From an uncultured Verrucomicrobiae bacterium (GTDB lineage: Bacteria; Verrucomicrobiota; Verrucomicrobiia; Opitutales; JABDGR01), in the NCBI GenBank assembly GCA_963765205.1, contig CAVXVB010000009.1, positions 1,056,001-1,120,000 of the forward strand: a stretch of 64,000 nt of DNA, read 5' to 3'. Made by a program: the position numbers and the translations under genes. The notes below the pieces were generated by a model, which was not told the origin of the DNA, searched no databases, and saw nothing but the letters and a program-made list of their open reading frames with translations. Numbering within the stretch: position 1 is the stretch's first letter; each line of letters opens with the position of its first letter. Positions 9,795-20,416 of this stretch are shown piece by piece.

Positions 9795-10094
9795 TTAACG
9801 TCCCCAATCGTCCCGCGGCTGGTTATCCCGCGCGCCAGCATCGCGTGGACCGCCACCATGGTCGCCGCCCACCACAATCGGAACCACAATTTCGCCTCCC
9901 AAAACCATCGTCGGCTCCGGCTCCACATACACCGGCACTGGCTCAATATAGACCGGCGGGGGCGTCACATAGACTACGGGCGGGGACGCCGCCACCACCA
10001 CCGGGGGCGGGGCGGGCACATACGTGCCACCGGTCGCTGACCGCGCACCGCAGCCGCTCAATGCCAGCATCCCGAGGAGCATGGCGCCCAGCAT
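9795..10094 (-). CDS. Small Pro-rich lipoprotein
   Basis: Lipobox-like LSGC, then PPPVVYV repeats. Confidence 0.55.
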   Translation of the reverse strand: MLGAMLLGMLALSGCGARSATGGTYVPAPPPVVVAASPPVVYVTPPPVYIEPVPVYVEPEPTMVLGGEIVVPIVVGGDHGGGPRDAGARDNQPRDDWGR

Positions 10095-10250
10095 CCCGCA
10101 AGGATTGTTCAGGCAAAAACTTTTATGGTTATCATGCCATCATGATACCCTGCCACCGCCATCCGCGCCATGGGGCATTACCCGACCTAATTTTGACTAC
10201 TGGTTACTTCCCCAAAACGGGTGCCAGCCATTATCCCGCCTCCCCCAGTG

Positions 10251-11546
10251 TTATTTCTTCGCGAGCAATTGCCCGGTGGCAGTGCGATCAAGGCCCAGCG
10301 CCTGCGCGGTCGCCGACTCGTCGTCCTCGCAAAGAATGGCCGTGGCCTCCGCATATTCGTCGCGCAGCCGGGACAAATGCTGGCGCAATTCCACCACCGG
10401 GGCGTGGCCGGGAAGGTTAGCCTTTTCCAGGCTCTCGCGGGTGATGGTGTTTTTGCGCGACTGGCCCAACGCACCCAAGGCCACCTGTTGCAATTCGTTG
10501 TAGTTGCCCGGCCAGGCCCGGTCACGCAGATACGATTTGGCCGAGACATCCAGCTTGGGCACCGCGCCCAGTTGGCGCGTGGCGGCTTCGCGCACGAGGA
10601 TTTGCTGCGCCAGCAAGGGAATGTCGTCCCGCGCCTCCTCCAGCCCGGGCACGGCTAGCTCGGAGGAACTGGTGAGCAAATAAAGGTTTTCATCAATCAG
10701 CCCGCGGTCATAGAGCGAATCAAGGCTTTCCGATAGGCAGAAAATAAAGCGGGTGGCCGTTTTCAGGCCGGCGAATGCTCCGTTGCGCCGTGCGATTTGC
10801 GGCAGCAGGCGCTGGCGTTCAAGGTCGAGCGTGTCCGTTTCCAGGAAACAAAGCGTCACGCGGTCGCACTCCACCTGTTCATGGAGCAGGCGCAGCAAAT
10901 TGTTCGTTTCGACCATCGTGTTCGTGAGGTAGAGAAAGCGCTCCTCAAGCTTTTCCCGCAGCGCCTCGAAGTCCCGGCACACTGCGGCGAAATTGGTCCC
11001 GCGCGGGCCGGTCAGCGTCAAATAGCTTTTAAAATTGCGCAGGGCATAAAGCTTGTGCGCGAATTCGGCCGATTTCGCGGCGCGACAGGGGAAGGAAGTA
11101 AAGGCAAAAGGCAGCGCATGGTGGAACTCGGGTTGGCCAACGGCATCTGCGTCCGGCTCGCCCGGTCGCGGGGCGGTGCCGTTGACCTGTTCAAGCAGCT
11201 TGGCCGTGCGCTTGAGCAACGAGAAAACGTTCAGCGGCTTCAGGAACACCCCACCCACCCCCTCACGGATCAAGTCACGGATCGTCTCGTTGTCCAAAAA
11301 CCCCGACACCATGATGATCGGCGTGCGCGGCTGGACCTTTTTCAGCTCCCGCAGAAAATCCTTCCCACTGATCCCCGGCATGCGCTGGTCGGTCACCACC
11401 AAATCGAAGGTGAACTGCCGGATGAGTGCCAGGGCTTTCTGCGGGTCCAACTCCGGCGTCACATTGTAACCGGCCTGGCTGAAGATATCCGTCAGCAGGC
11501 TGTTAAAGTCCATGTCGTCGTCGAGAATGAGGATGCGGTGTCCCAT
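10251..11546 (-). CDS. Response regulator with degenerate NtrC-type AAA+ domain and Fis-like HTH
   Basis: REC domain (ILILDDD, VTDQRMPG, KP), DIPLLA, WPGN, C-terminal TAQALGLDR. Confidence 0.85.
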   Translation of the reverse strand: MGHRILILDDDMDFNSLLTDIFSQAGYNVTPELDPQKALALIRQFTFDLVVTDQRMPGISGKDFLRELKKVQPRTPIIMVSGFLDNETIRDLIREGVGGVFLKPLNVFSLLKRTAKLLEQVNGTAPRPGEPDADAVGQPEFHHALPFAFTSFPCRAAKSAEFAHKLYALRNFKSYLTLTGPRGTNFAAVCRDFEALREKLEERFLYLTNTMVETNNLLRLLHEQVECDRVTLCFLETDTLDLERQRLLPQIARRNGAFAGLKTATRFIFCLSESLDSLYDRGLIDENLYLLTSSSELAVPGLEEARDDIPLLAQQILVREAATRQLGAVPKLDVSAKSYLRDRAWPGNYNELQQVALGALGQSRKNTITRESLEKANLPGHAPVVELRQHLSRLRDEYAEATAILCEDDESATAQALGLDRTATGQLLAKK

Positions 11547-11849
11547 TGTTTATGAATAAGGCGGATTGCTGTGTGTAACGGAACTAATCTAAAGCCCAAA
11601 GCATGGAGAAAGGCGAGAAGGAAGACTACTTGGCGGGCAAATTTTGCCAAGCGCAATCCGCGCCCGGCGGCGGGCAAATACGCGGACCAACAATTGTCCG
11701 GCAAATTATCGGTGTTCCCACAGGTCGGAATCCCCGGCCTGCCCAGATGGTGCGGTCCCGTCTTTTTTGCATGCGTAAATAACTGGGTTTATTTGACGGA
11801 TAAGCACGGCGGCTGGCTCTTTCCCGCTAAATTTATTCATTTAACTTGT

Positions 11850-12571
11850 TCAGGAATAACCCTTCAACTTTTCCCTTAAGAACGCCAGGGTCAGCGCCCA
11901 GGCTTCGGCAGCGGCCTGGGGATGGTAGGTTGCGCGCTCGTCGCAGAAAAAGCCGTGGTCGGCGTAGGAGACCTCGACGTTGATATGGGGCTTGGCGGCC
12001 TGGCGGAGCGCAGCGGCGACTTGGGCGGTGTGCTCGGGCAGAATATGTTTGTCCAAACCGCCCCAGAACAGCAGCAGCGGCCCGTGCTGGGCGGGAGCGC
12101 GCTTGAGCAGGGCCGGCGCGATGCCGCCGCCGTAATACGAAATCGCCGCCCGGAAGGGGAGGATGCTGTTCGCGATGAAGGCCGTGCGCCCGCCGAGGCA
12201 ATAGCCAATGCAGGCCACGGCGCCCGCGCGCAGTTGCGGCTGCGCGTGCAGCCAGTCCCACGCCGCGCGCGAGTCGTGTTCGAGGGTGGTTTCGTTCACC
12301 GCGTTCATGTGCGGTAGCACCGAGGAAAAATCCGTGTAGGACCCGCGAAGCCTGGCGGCGCGGTGCGATGGAACAACTCGGGAGCGATGGCGAGGTAGCC
12401 TTCGGCGGCAAACCGGTCGGCCACGTCACGGATGTGGTGGTTTACGCCAAACGCCTCGGGAAACACAATCAGGCCGGGAAACGGCCCCGGACCGCGCGGA
12501 CGCGCGACGTAGGCCGCCATCGTGGTGCCGTCCCCGACTCGCAGGGTAAGGGTGGATTCGCCGGTATGCAT
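11850..12571 (-). CDS. Dienelactone hydrolase (frameshifted near 12340)
   Basis: EAFGVNHHIRDVADRFAAEGY in ORF 12305-12571; GYCLGG and HGFFCD in ORF 11850-12320. Confidence 0.9.
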
Positions 12572-12662
12572 GGTTCACATTCAAGCACGGACGACCGTTT
12601 GAAATCAACCTGAAACGGCTTTCGGGATTGTCACCCCGCGCGAGTCGTCTATTTTCCTTGTT

Positions 12663-14546
12663 ATGCGCTTTGCCCGATTTTTCGTCCGCCTGCCCGCCCT
12701 GGCCGCTCTCTTGCTGGGCTTAACCGCCCCGCTGCGGGCGCAACCCATTCTGGGCCAGCCGCCGGCCTTGCTCAGGCAGAACAGTGGCTGGGCCTATACG
12801 CGCACGGGGATTGCGGCGGGCGTTTATAAAATCAGCAACCAGTTTGCCGTGTTTGCCGGGAGCCGCTACGGGTTCGTGCTCGGCCATCGCGTGCCGTTGG
12901 ACGACCAGGACCCGCTGCACACCGAGCCGGTGCTGAGCGATGGCGAGGTTTATGTGCCCGCTTCGTTTGCCGGCTACCTGTCGCTTCAAAGCGTGCAAGT
13001 GGACGCGCCGCCGGATTACCTGCGCGACCGGTGGGTGTATAATATCCCACGCCCGGCCTACACGCCGGCCGCCTCGGCGCGCACCATCCAGGTCAATGGC
13101 AAAACATGGGTGGATTTCGCCGACGCCGCGGCGGCCGCGGGGCTGCATTATTTCTACGATCCCAGCGGTCTGGCCTGTGCCGGGTATAAACCGGACTTCG
13201 ATTACACCTCGCACGAATTGAACCTGCTCGACGACACCATTTCCGCCTTTGACATGCCGGAAAAATTCGCCAGCGAGAAGGTCGCGTTGAAATACCTGCG
13301 GCCGCTGCCTGCGTTCGCGCCCGCGCCCAAACCGGCGGTCATCCCGCGCGCGGCGTATAATTTTGACGGCTTCGAGGTTAAGATGCTGGGCAGCCAAGTG
13401 CCAGCGCCCGGCGTTTACCCCCGCCTGCTGTTCAGCCCGGAGGATCTGCCGGCCCTCAAGGATCGCGTGACCAACAGCCGCATCATGCAGATGTCCCTCG
13501 CCGAAACGGAGGCGTTGTTGAAAGCGACCTGGTGGGATCCCAAGACGGCAGACGGGCAGATGTTTCAACGGCTTGCGGCCGGCCAGATGACTGACTACAC
13601 CGGCGAAGGCGCGGGCGCGGGAATTTTCTCCGGCAACGTGAATTACCCGACGAATTGCCTGGTTTCGATGGCGCTGTATTGCCTGCTGTCCGGCGACGAC
13701 GAGCATGGGAAGATGGCCGCTAACGCCATTTACAATTATTACAAGACCCTCGAACCGCGCGTGGATGACGTGCTCGCGGCCTCGCCGAACGAGTTCAATT
13801 TCGTGCCGACGCTGGCGAAATATACGGCGACGCTATGGCAGGGCATGGGCGACTTGGCCGCGCAACTTGATCTGGGATTGGCATTGGATTTTGCCGGGCA
13901 TTGGATGACCCCCGACCAAATTGCCTTGATGCAGCGCGTCATCGCCAAGGCGACCTATGGCCGGCGACCGACGGCGGGGAATGGCCTGAGCCATTTGCTC
14001 GCGCTGGCGGCGATTGAGGGCACGCCGGGCTTTGACGCCGAAGGCTACGCCGCCGACGCGGAACTGGCGCAGAGTTTTCTCGATTGGGGCCTTGATGAAA
14101 AGGGCCAGTTGACCGCCGATGGCTCGGCAGCGGGGAATTTGCAGTTCCAGATTTTGGCGATGGTGGTGCTGGCGCGGCGCGGCGACAACTTGTGGGGCCA
14201 TCCGCACTGGCGGAATTTTCTGAGCGGGGCGCCGGCCTCGGCCTATACGGGTCCAACTGGCACCGGCCCGGACCCGAATGACGGCGGGCCGTATGACACG
14301 CAGACCATAATCGAGCTGCACACGTTTTATCCCACCAATACTTTTGCGGATTTGATATTGAGCCGGCGACAGCCCGGCTTCGATCCGGCGAAGCTGGACC
14401 TGGCGCTCTACGACGCGCAACTGGCGAACGAAACAGCCGCGCACTTGCGCCTGTTGAGGTTGCGGCTGCCGGGGCCGTCCAATCCGGGTTACGCGCCGTC
14501 GGTGCTCTATGACAACGACTGGAAGGTTGTGACGCGGGCGGAATGA
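12663..14546 (+). CDS. Secreted protein with heparinase/alginate-lyase-like alpha-helical region
   Basis: Signal peptide; PGVYPRLLFSPEDLPALK resembles the HPRL motif that begins such domains. Confidence 0.6.
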   Translation: MRFARFFVRLPALAALLLGLTAPLRAQPILGQPPALLRQNSGWAYTRTGIAAGVYKISNQFAVFAGSRYGFVLGHRVPLDDQDPLHTEPVLSDGEVYVPASFAGYLSLQSVQVDAPPDYLRDRWVYNIPRPAYTPAASARTIQVNGKTWVDFADAAAAAGLHYFYDPSGLACAGYKPDFDYTSHELNLLDDTISAFDMPEKFASEKVALKYLRPLPAFAPAPKPAVIPRAAYNFDGFEVKMLGSQVPAPGVYPRLLFSPEDLPALKDRVTNSRIMQMSLAETEALLKATWWDPKTADGQMFQRLAAGQMTDYTGEGAGAGIFSGNVNYPTNCLVSMALYCLLSGDDEHGKMAANAIYNYYKTLEPRVDDVLAASPNEFNFVPTLAKYTATLWQGMGDLAAQLDLGLALDFAGHWMTPDQIALMQRVIAKATYGRRPTAGNGLSHLLALAAIEGTPGFDAEGYAADAELAQSFLDWGLDEKGQLTADGSAAGNLQFQILAMVVLARRGDNLWGHPHWRNFLSGAPASAYTGPTGTGPDPNDGGPYDTQTIIELHTFYPTNTFADLILSRRQPGFDPAKLDLALYDAQLANETAAHLRLLRLRLPGPSNPGYAPSVLYDNDWKVVTRAE

Positions 14547-14547
14547 T

Positions 14548-14715
14548 TCAACGGAGGTTTTGCACCTGGCCACTGAGGTCGGCGGCGGCGACACGCTCCT
14601 CCAACTGCGCGAGGCGGTCGGTATGACGCTGTTCGAGCGCGGCGAGTGGGGCGCACCAGGCGGGGGCAGGCGAATCATGATCGGGGACATTTTCCTGTTT
14701 CGGGATTGGTTTCAT
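14548..14715 (-). CDS. Possible small protein (55 aa)
   Basis: MKPIPKQ...ALEQRHTDRLAQLEERV coiled-coil-like segment; weak. Confidence 0.3.
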   Translation of the reverse strand: MKPIPKQENVPDHDSPAPAWCAPLAALEQRHTDRLAQLEERVAAADLSGQVQNLR

Positions 14716-14808
14716 GGGGAGTATTCTTTGGCGTTTTTCGCTGGGGGAGGGGGGGGTAAATTCTGAGTGCTGAATACGGAATGGGGAGAAGAACGGGACG
14801 AGGGATTC

Positions 14809-14920
14809 ATGTTGGGAGTTGCTCTGTAGAAAACAGGCATTTTCTTGATTCCAAGCAGGGGTCGTCGGCAAGCGACGGCCCTCGGGTGTTTTTTGTACAG
14901 AGCAGTTGGGAGTCTAACAT
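14809..14920 (+). ncRNA. Candidate structured RNA (long stem with branched loop)
   Basis: ATGTTGGG/TCTAACAT, AGTTGCTCTGTA/TACAGAGCAGTT, GAAAACA/TGTTTTT and GGGTCGTCG/CGACGGCCC pairings, with G-U pairs valid only on the + strand. Confidence 0.4.
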
Positions 14921-15092
14921 AAAATGTCCGGGCAGAAAATGAATGCATTGGCTCGGCTGGCTGCGTTGGATGAGTTTGATCGGTTGGGTCTTGATTATTT
15001 TTCGGTAATGGTGAACCTTTTCGAATTAGCACAGTCTATAGGGTTGAACGGTAAACTTCATTAACCTAACTCAAACCAAACCATCCCTCTCC

Positions 15093-15485
15093 ATGAAATT
15101 CATCGCTTCGCTTCCTGTGGAATTCATTCGTCATTTTCGCCTGCTGGGCATGGCGGCCATCGCTCTGGCGGGCGTGGCGCTCGCGGGGTGTGTCTTCTCG
15201 ACGAATGACACGTCGCGGGTCACGGGCAAGCAAGTAAGCGCCGATCAACTGGCGCAGGTCAAGCCCGGGGCGACGAAGGATAGCGTAGTGCAACTTTTGG
15301 GCTCTCCGAGCGACACTTTGGACTTGGGCAACGGCCAGGATGTGTGGGAATATAAGTATACGCAAAACCAGGACAAAGCGGCCAATTTCATCTTCATTTT
15401 CTCGGTGAATAAATCGTCCCATGTGGAACAGACCACGTCGGTCGAGTTCAAGGATGGCGTGGTGGTGAAGACGTGGACCAAGTGA
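15093..15485 (+). CDS. BamE/SmpA-domain outer membrane lipoprotein
   Basis: Lipobox LAGC; VKPGATKDSVVQLLGSP...W.Y...VEFKDGVV. Confidence 0.85.
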   Translation: MKFIASLPVEFIRHFRLLGMAAIALAGVALAGCVFSTNDTSRVTGKQVSADQLAQVKPGATKDSVVQLLGSPSDTLDLGNGQDVWEYKYTQNQDKAANFIFIFSVNKSSHVEQTTSVEFKDGVVVKTWTK

Positions 15486-15830
15486 GGGGGCGTGTTGCGA
15501 AAGACAGAGAGTTTAGACAGAATTAACAGAATTTTCAGAATGGAGACCGGGGAGGACGATATAGGGACTACGTGGACGGGATTGATTAGATGGACGGGAT
15601 GGACCAGATGGATGGGCTTCGACAGAAGTTCGAAGGGGTCATGGAATTGGTAATCTTGGGCGCAGGTTTCGGGTTCCGGCGGGAAAATGTAAAAAAAATT
15701 TCAGGAATCGAACCTGGGGCGCGGGGGGTGGTCAAATGGTCTGTTCCGCGCAAGCTGCGGTCCTTCGTTGAGGAGGCGCGGTGGGCGGAACAGGGCCGGA
15801 TTGGCCCATAACCTTCCACAACCTAACTCC

Positions 15831-17345
15831 ATGAAAATCAAAGTTTTTTCGAAAAACACGCTGGCGGTTTTGCTTTTGACCACGCTGGGCGGGGGCCTCG
15901 CGGCCTTTGCCGTGACCGACAACCCCAGTTCCCATCCGCCGCTGAAGTTCCAAATTGACAACAAGGCGCTGGATCGCAACGCGTCCGAGCCGGTGAGCTA
16001 CGCGGGCGAGGTGAAAAAGGCGTCGCCGAGCGTCGTTTATATTTCGTCGAGCAAGACGCTGCGCCAGCCGGGGATGAATATAGACCCGAACAATCCGATC
16101 ATCCAGCGCTACTTCGGCGGCAACTTGCCAAGGAACATGATGCCGCGGAATTTAACCGAGCAGAGCCTTGGCTCGGGCATCATCGTGAGCAGCGACGGCT
16201 ATATCCTGACCAACAACCATGTGGTGGATGGGGCGGATGAGGTGACAGTTTCTTTCGGCGAGCCGAAAAAGGATTACACCGCGACCATCGTGGGGCGGGA
16301 TGCGAAGGTGGATGTGGCCTTGTTGAAAATTGACGCGACGGGCCTGCCGGCGGTCACGCTGGGCAACAGCGACCAGTTGCAGGTGGGCGACGTGGTGTTT
16401 GCCATGGGCAATCCGTTCGGCATCGGCATGACGGTGACGCATGGGATTGTGAGCGCACTGGGGCGCGGCGACCTGGGGATTGAGGCCTACGAGGATTTTA
16501 TCCAGACGGACGCGCCGATCAACCCAGGCAACTCCGGCGGCGCGCTGGTGGACGCCGAGGGACGCGTGGTGGGTCTGAACACGGCGATTTTGAGCGACAG
16601 CGGCGAATCGAGCGGGGTGGGTTTTGCCATTCCAATCAATCTGGTGCGCACGATTGCCGAGCAACTGGTGAGCACGGGGCTGGTCGAGCGCGGGTTTTTG
16701 GGAGTCAGCCCCCAGGACCTGTCATCTGATCTGGCGGCGCAATTTGGCGCATCGAGCGGGGCGCTGCTGGCGGACGTATCGCCGGGCACGCCGGCGGACA
16801 ACGCGGGCCTGAAGCAAGGTGACGTGATCACCAAAATCAACGGCGAGGCGATCACCGACGCGCGGCATCTCTCCCTGGCGGTGGGCAACCTGGCGCCGGG
16901 GGCGGAAGTGACCGTGGAATACCTGCGCAATGGCAAGACGAACACAGTAAAGGTCAAACTGGCGGCGCAACCGGCGACGCGGGTCGCCGGAAACATCCGG
17001 CATGGGAGGCAGAGCAACGACGGGCAGAGCGCGACCCCCAGTGCGTCCAAGGACGACGGGGTGTTGAATGGCGTGACGGTCGCGGACATCACGCAGCAGA
17101 TTCGCGCGGAATTTCAACTGCCGACCAATGTGACCGGAGCGGTAATCACGGACGTGGACCCGAACAGCGCGTCGGCCCGGTCGGGTTTGCAGGAGGGCGA
17201 CGTGATCACGGAGCTGAACCGCCAGCCGGTGGCCGACGCCGACCAGGCGGTGAAATTGAGCGACCAAATCAAGGGGCCGAAGGTCGTGGTGCTGGTCTGG
17301 CGCAATGGGACGAGCCGCTACATGGTGGAGGATGAGTCGAAGTGA
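15831..17345 (+). CDS. degQ: HtrA/DegQ serine protease with two PDZ domains
   Basis: SLGSG, TNNHVV, DVALLK, IQTDAPINPGNSGG, two GDVI PDZ motifs. Confidence 0.95.
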   Translation: MKIKVFSKNTLAVLLLTTLGGGLAAFAVTDNPSSHPPLKFQIDNKALDRNASEPVSYAGEVKKASPSVVYISSSKTLRQPGMNIDPNNPIIQRYFGGNLPRNMMPRNLTEQSLGSGIIVSSDGYILTNNHVVDGADEVTVSFGEPKKDYTATIVGRDAKVDVALLKIDATGLPAVTLGNSDQLQVGDVVFAMGNPFGIGMTVTHGIVSALGRGDLGIEAYEDFIQTDAPINPGNSGGALVDAEGRVVGLNTAILSDSGESSGVGFAIPINLVRTIAEQLVSTGLVERGFLGVSPQDLSSDLAAQFGASSGALLADVSPGTPADNAGLKQGDVITKINGEAITDARHLSLAVGNLAPGAEVTVEYLRNGKTNTVKVKLAAQPATRVAGNIRHGRQSNDGQSATPSASKDDGVLNGVTVADITQQIRAEFQLPTNVTGAVITDVDPNSASARSGLQEGDVITELNRQPVADADQAVKLSDQIKGPKVVVLVWRNGTSRYMVEDESK

Positions 17346-17402
17346 GGGGGGCGGCCACTCCGCCGACCCCCAACAACTGCAAAAAGACAATGCCCGATCC
17401 AT

Positions 17403-17465
17403 TTAACCACAAAACACGCAAAATGGGGATTCTGGCTCTACGTATTTTGCGTTTTTTTGCGGTAA
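17403..17465. repeat. Palindrome (ACCACAAAA type)
   Basis: ACCACAAAA-CACGCAAAA ... TTTTGCGTT-TTTTTGCGGT. Confidence 0.7.
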
Positions 17466-17545
17466 ATCAAACGGTCCCCGGACAAAAAATTTCCTGAAAA
17501 TTGGCGGATTTCCAAGGTGGGCGGCTACTGTATAGTATAGCCCCC

Positions 17546-18874
17546 GTGGAAGACGCCGAATTATTGCAGGAATACGTGGAGCGCCGCTCGGAAGCGGCGT
17601 TCACGGCGTTGGTGGCGCGGCATATTGACCTGGTGTATTCGACCGCGCGGCGGATGGTGGGCGACGCGCACCTGGCCCAGGACGTGGCGCAGACGGTCTT
17701 TATCGGGCTGGCGCGGTCGCCGGCGCGGGTGCGCCAGCCGGCGGCGCTGGCGGGGTGGTTGTATGCGGCCACGCGCAACACGGCGGCGCAAGCGGTGCGC
17801 ACGGAACAACGCCGCCAACAACGGGAGACCGAAGCCATGAACCGCCAACTGCTCGACGATAATTCGCCGGCGGCCTGGGAGGCCGTCGCCCCGCTGCTGG
17901 ACGAGGCGATGCGGGAACTCAAGCCCATCGAAGCCGATGCGGTGGTGCTGCGTTTTTTTGAGGGCAAAAGTTTGCGCGACACGGGCGAGGCGCTGGACTT
18001 GAGCGAGAATGCCGCGCAAAAGCGGGTGGAGCGGGCGTTGGAAAAAATCCGGGGGCATTTTGCGCGGCGGGGCGTGACGGCGTCGGCGGCGTTGCTCGGG
18101 GCGACGATCGCGGCGAATTCCGTGCAGGCCGCGCCGGCGGGGCTGGCAGTGGGTGTGGCCGGGGCGGCGCTGGCGGGGGTGACTGTTGGCCCTGGCGTAG
18201 GAGTTGGCACAGGCGTCGCAGTCGAAAGCTTTTTCTTGAAATTTCTTCTTATGAGCACCAAATCAAAATTACTCGTCGTGGCGGTCATCACATTGATAGT
18301 TGCCGCCATTTTGCTATTTCGTCCACAATCGTCACGGGAAATTACCACCAGCACAAATGCAAAGACGGCTTCACCCGCACCAAAACCTGCGCCGCTTATA
18401 ACACAAATTTCTGCGCCAATTGTGTCACAGGCAAACAAGTCCGCAACCGTATCGCAAGCCGTCATCGCGGAGCCTGCCAAAGTTGACCCACAGACAGAAT
18501 TAGGCACTTCCATTGATGACATCGTCAGCCTGCTCTAAGCTGACGATCCGATCTCCGTATTTGAAAAATATATGTCGCCGGATATACTTGCCCAGTGGAC
18601 ACCAGAACAAAAAGCGAAGAAGGAGGAGCAAATGCATGAATGGGTGACGGATCCAGCAGAACAGGAGTTTTACCAAGGTGTAACCTTGGCATGGCTATCG
18701 CTGAAAGACCAGACGCCTAAAATTAATGTCACCGGCGACGAGGCAACCTATCAAATGACAATGCCATACCTTCGTTTTGTTCCTCCCGGCGCGCAGGTTC
18801 CGATGATGCAGCGCATCTTGGTCCTTCAAAAAATTGACGGGAAGTGGTATTTCAAAGTTGGTGACATCCTTTGA
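17546..18874 (+). CDS. ECF sigma factor with TM helix and extracytoplasmic C-terminal extension (in-frame TAA at 18536-18538)
   Basis: DAELLQEY...AF..LV.RH..LVY...AQDVAQ.VF; region 4 VVLRFFEGKSL...AAQKRVERALEK; ORF 18572-18874 lies in the same frame after the single stop. Confidence 0.85.
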
Positions 18875-18906
18875 CTCCATTTCAACCATTGACCTCTCAC
18901 ATGACC

Positions 18907-20049
18907 TTACCTTTGGGCGGCGCGGTAGAGGAGCCAGCCGCCGAGGGCCTCGAAGATAAAATTGGGGAGCCAGAGGAGGAGGTCGGGGCGGAGTTCGGGA
19001 TGGGTGCGCAGGAGGGTGATGGAAAAGAGCAGGAAATAATATAAGAGCGCAAGGCCGAGCGCGAGGGTGAGGTTGGCGAAGCTTTCCGCGCGGCCGACGC
19101 GCAGAGCCAGGGGCAGGCCAACGAGCGCGAGGGCGAGAACAGAGAATGCGCCCGCGAAGTCGCGCTGAATTTGCATCTGCACGTCCATGCGCCAGATGTT
19201 GACATCTTTGGCCGTGGGATGCGGGTTGTTGGGCGGGGATTGGTCGCGGAGGGTGAGGAGTTCGCCGAGGGTTTGGAGGGAGAGCTTGGAGAAGGTCGGC
19301 GGCGCGCCAAGGAGCTTGGTCAGGGACATGGGTTCGGTGAGGTCGTCGAACTTGGTGGCGGGCGCGGTGTCGTCGAGCATGTTTTCCGGGTCGGCGCGGT
19401 TGAAGGTTTGCACGAAGCCGTCCTGGAGCACGAGGGTGACGATGTCCGTTTGGGGATCATAATCAAGGTGGCCGCGGTTGGCATGGATGGCATCCGTCGG
19501 GCGGTGTTGGCTGTCGAGTTTATAAACCCACAGCTTTTCCAATTGATCACCGTCGCGGGCGCCGACGTGGATGAGGTAGCCGGGGAATTCCGCCACGTCC
19601 GCGCCGGGCTGGAAGAGGCGCGTGGGGTTGTGGCGGAGGTAATTGGCGACGGCGGATTTGTAGGCGCGGTCGGCGGCGGGGGCGTAGTCGAAGTTGATGA
19701 AGAGGCAGAAGAGGACGCCGAGGCAGGCGAAGAGGAGAATGGGGGCGGCGAGGGACCAGAGGTTCAAGCCGGCGGCGCGCATGGCGGTGTATTCGCGCTG
19801 GGCGCAGAGCCGCCCGACGACGAGGAGGACGGCGGTGAGCAGGCCGAGGGGGAGCGCGTAAGGCACGACGCCGGGAATGAGCAGGGCGAGCAGGTAAAGG
19901 AACATGGACAGGTCAATCTCGCCGCTGGCCATGCGGTCGAGCACTTCGCGCATGACGTTGCCGAGCACGAGGACGAAGACAAAGAGGCCGACGGCCAGGA
20001 GCGTGGCGGCGGCGACTTGCCGGAAGATGTAGCGGTGCAGCAGGTTCAC
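18907..20049 (-). CDS. lptF: LptF/LptG family LPS export permease
   Basis: LLHRYIF, PYALPLGLL...GRL...EYTAMRAAG, LWLPNF; GTG start. Confidence 0.9.
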   Translation of the reverse strand: MNLLHRYIFRQVAAATLLAVGLFVFVLVLGNVMREVLDRMASGEIDLSMFLYLLALLIPGVVPYALPLGLLTAVLLVVGRLCAQREYTAMRAAGLNLWSLAAPILLFACLGVLFCLFINFDYAPAADRAYKSAVANYLRHNPTRLFQPGADVAEFPGYLIHVGARDGDQLEKLWVYKLDSQHRPTDAIHANRGHLDYDPQTDIVTLVLQDGFVQTFNRADPENMLDDTAPATKFDDLTEPMSLTKLLGAPPTFSKLSLQTLGELLTLRDQSPPNNPHPTAKDVNIWRMDVQMQIQRDFAGAFSVLALALVGLPLALRVGRAESFANLTLALGLALLYYFLLFSITLLRTHPELRPDLLLWLPNFIFEALGGWLLYRAAQR

Positions 20050-20092
20050 GGCAAGAGGTTGGGCGCGGGGCTTGGGGGCGGTTTTACCATTA

Positions 20093-20183
20093 AACCACGG
20101 ATGGCACGGATAGCACGGATAAAGAGACCAAGCCACGATCTGGTGGCCGAATCGCATCCGTGTTATCCGTGCCATCCGTGGTT
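20093..20183. repeat. Triplet-unit palindrome (CACGGAT type)
   Basis: ACCACGGAT-GGCACGGAT-AGCACGGAT ... ATCCGTGTT-ATCCGTGCC-ATCCGTGGT. Confidence 0.9.
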
Positions 20184-20416
20184 GTTCGGGCTTTTTGATC
20201 CATGGCCTAACGCTCTCAAAAAGGCCTTAAGGAGAGCGGGCTGGAGGGCGATAGTAACAGGATCGGTCGAACTGTGAACTGCGAATTTTGCACAGGGGCG
20301 GATTTTTTTGTTTGAAACCGCGCGGGTTCAAGACACAGCATATGCACCACCCCACCCCGAACTTTTGAGCCATGCTCCGACCCGGCCTACCCCCTTTATT
20401 CAAAGTCGTCAAATGG

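Noticed and set aside
14912..14971. attC-like GTCTAAC...GTTGGAT; also a XerD-arm-like GTCTAACATAA
   Set aside because: Weak inner L-box pairing, no cassette array or integron integrase, and no XerC arm
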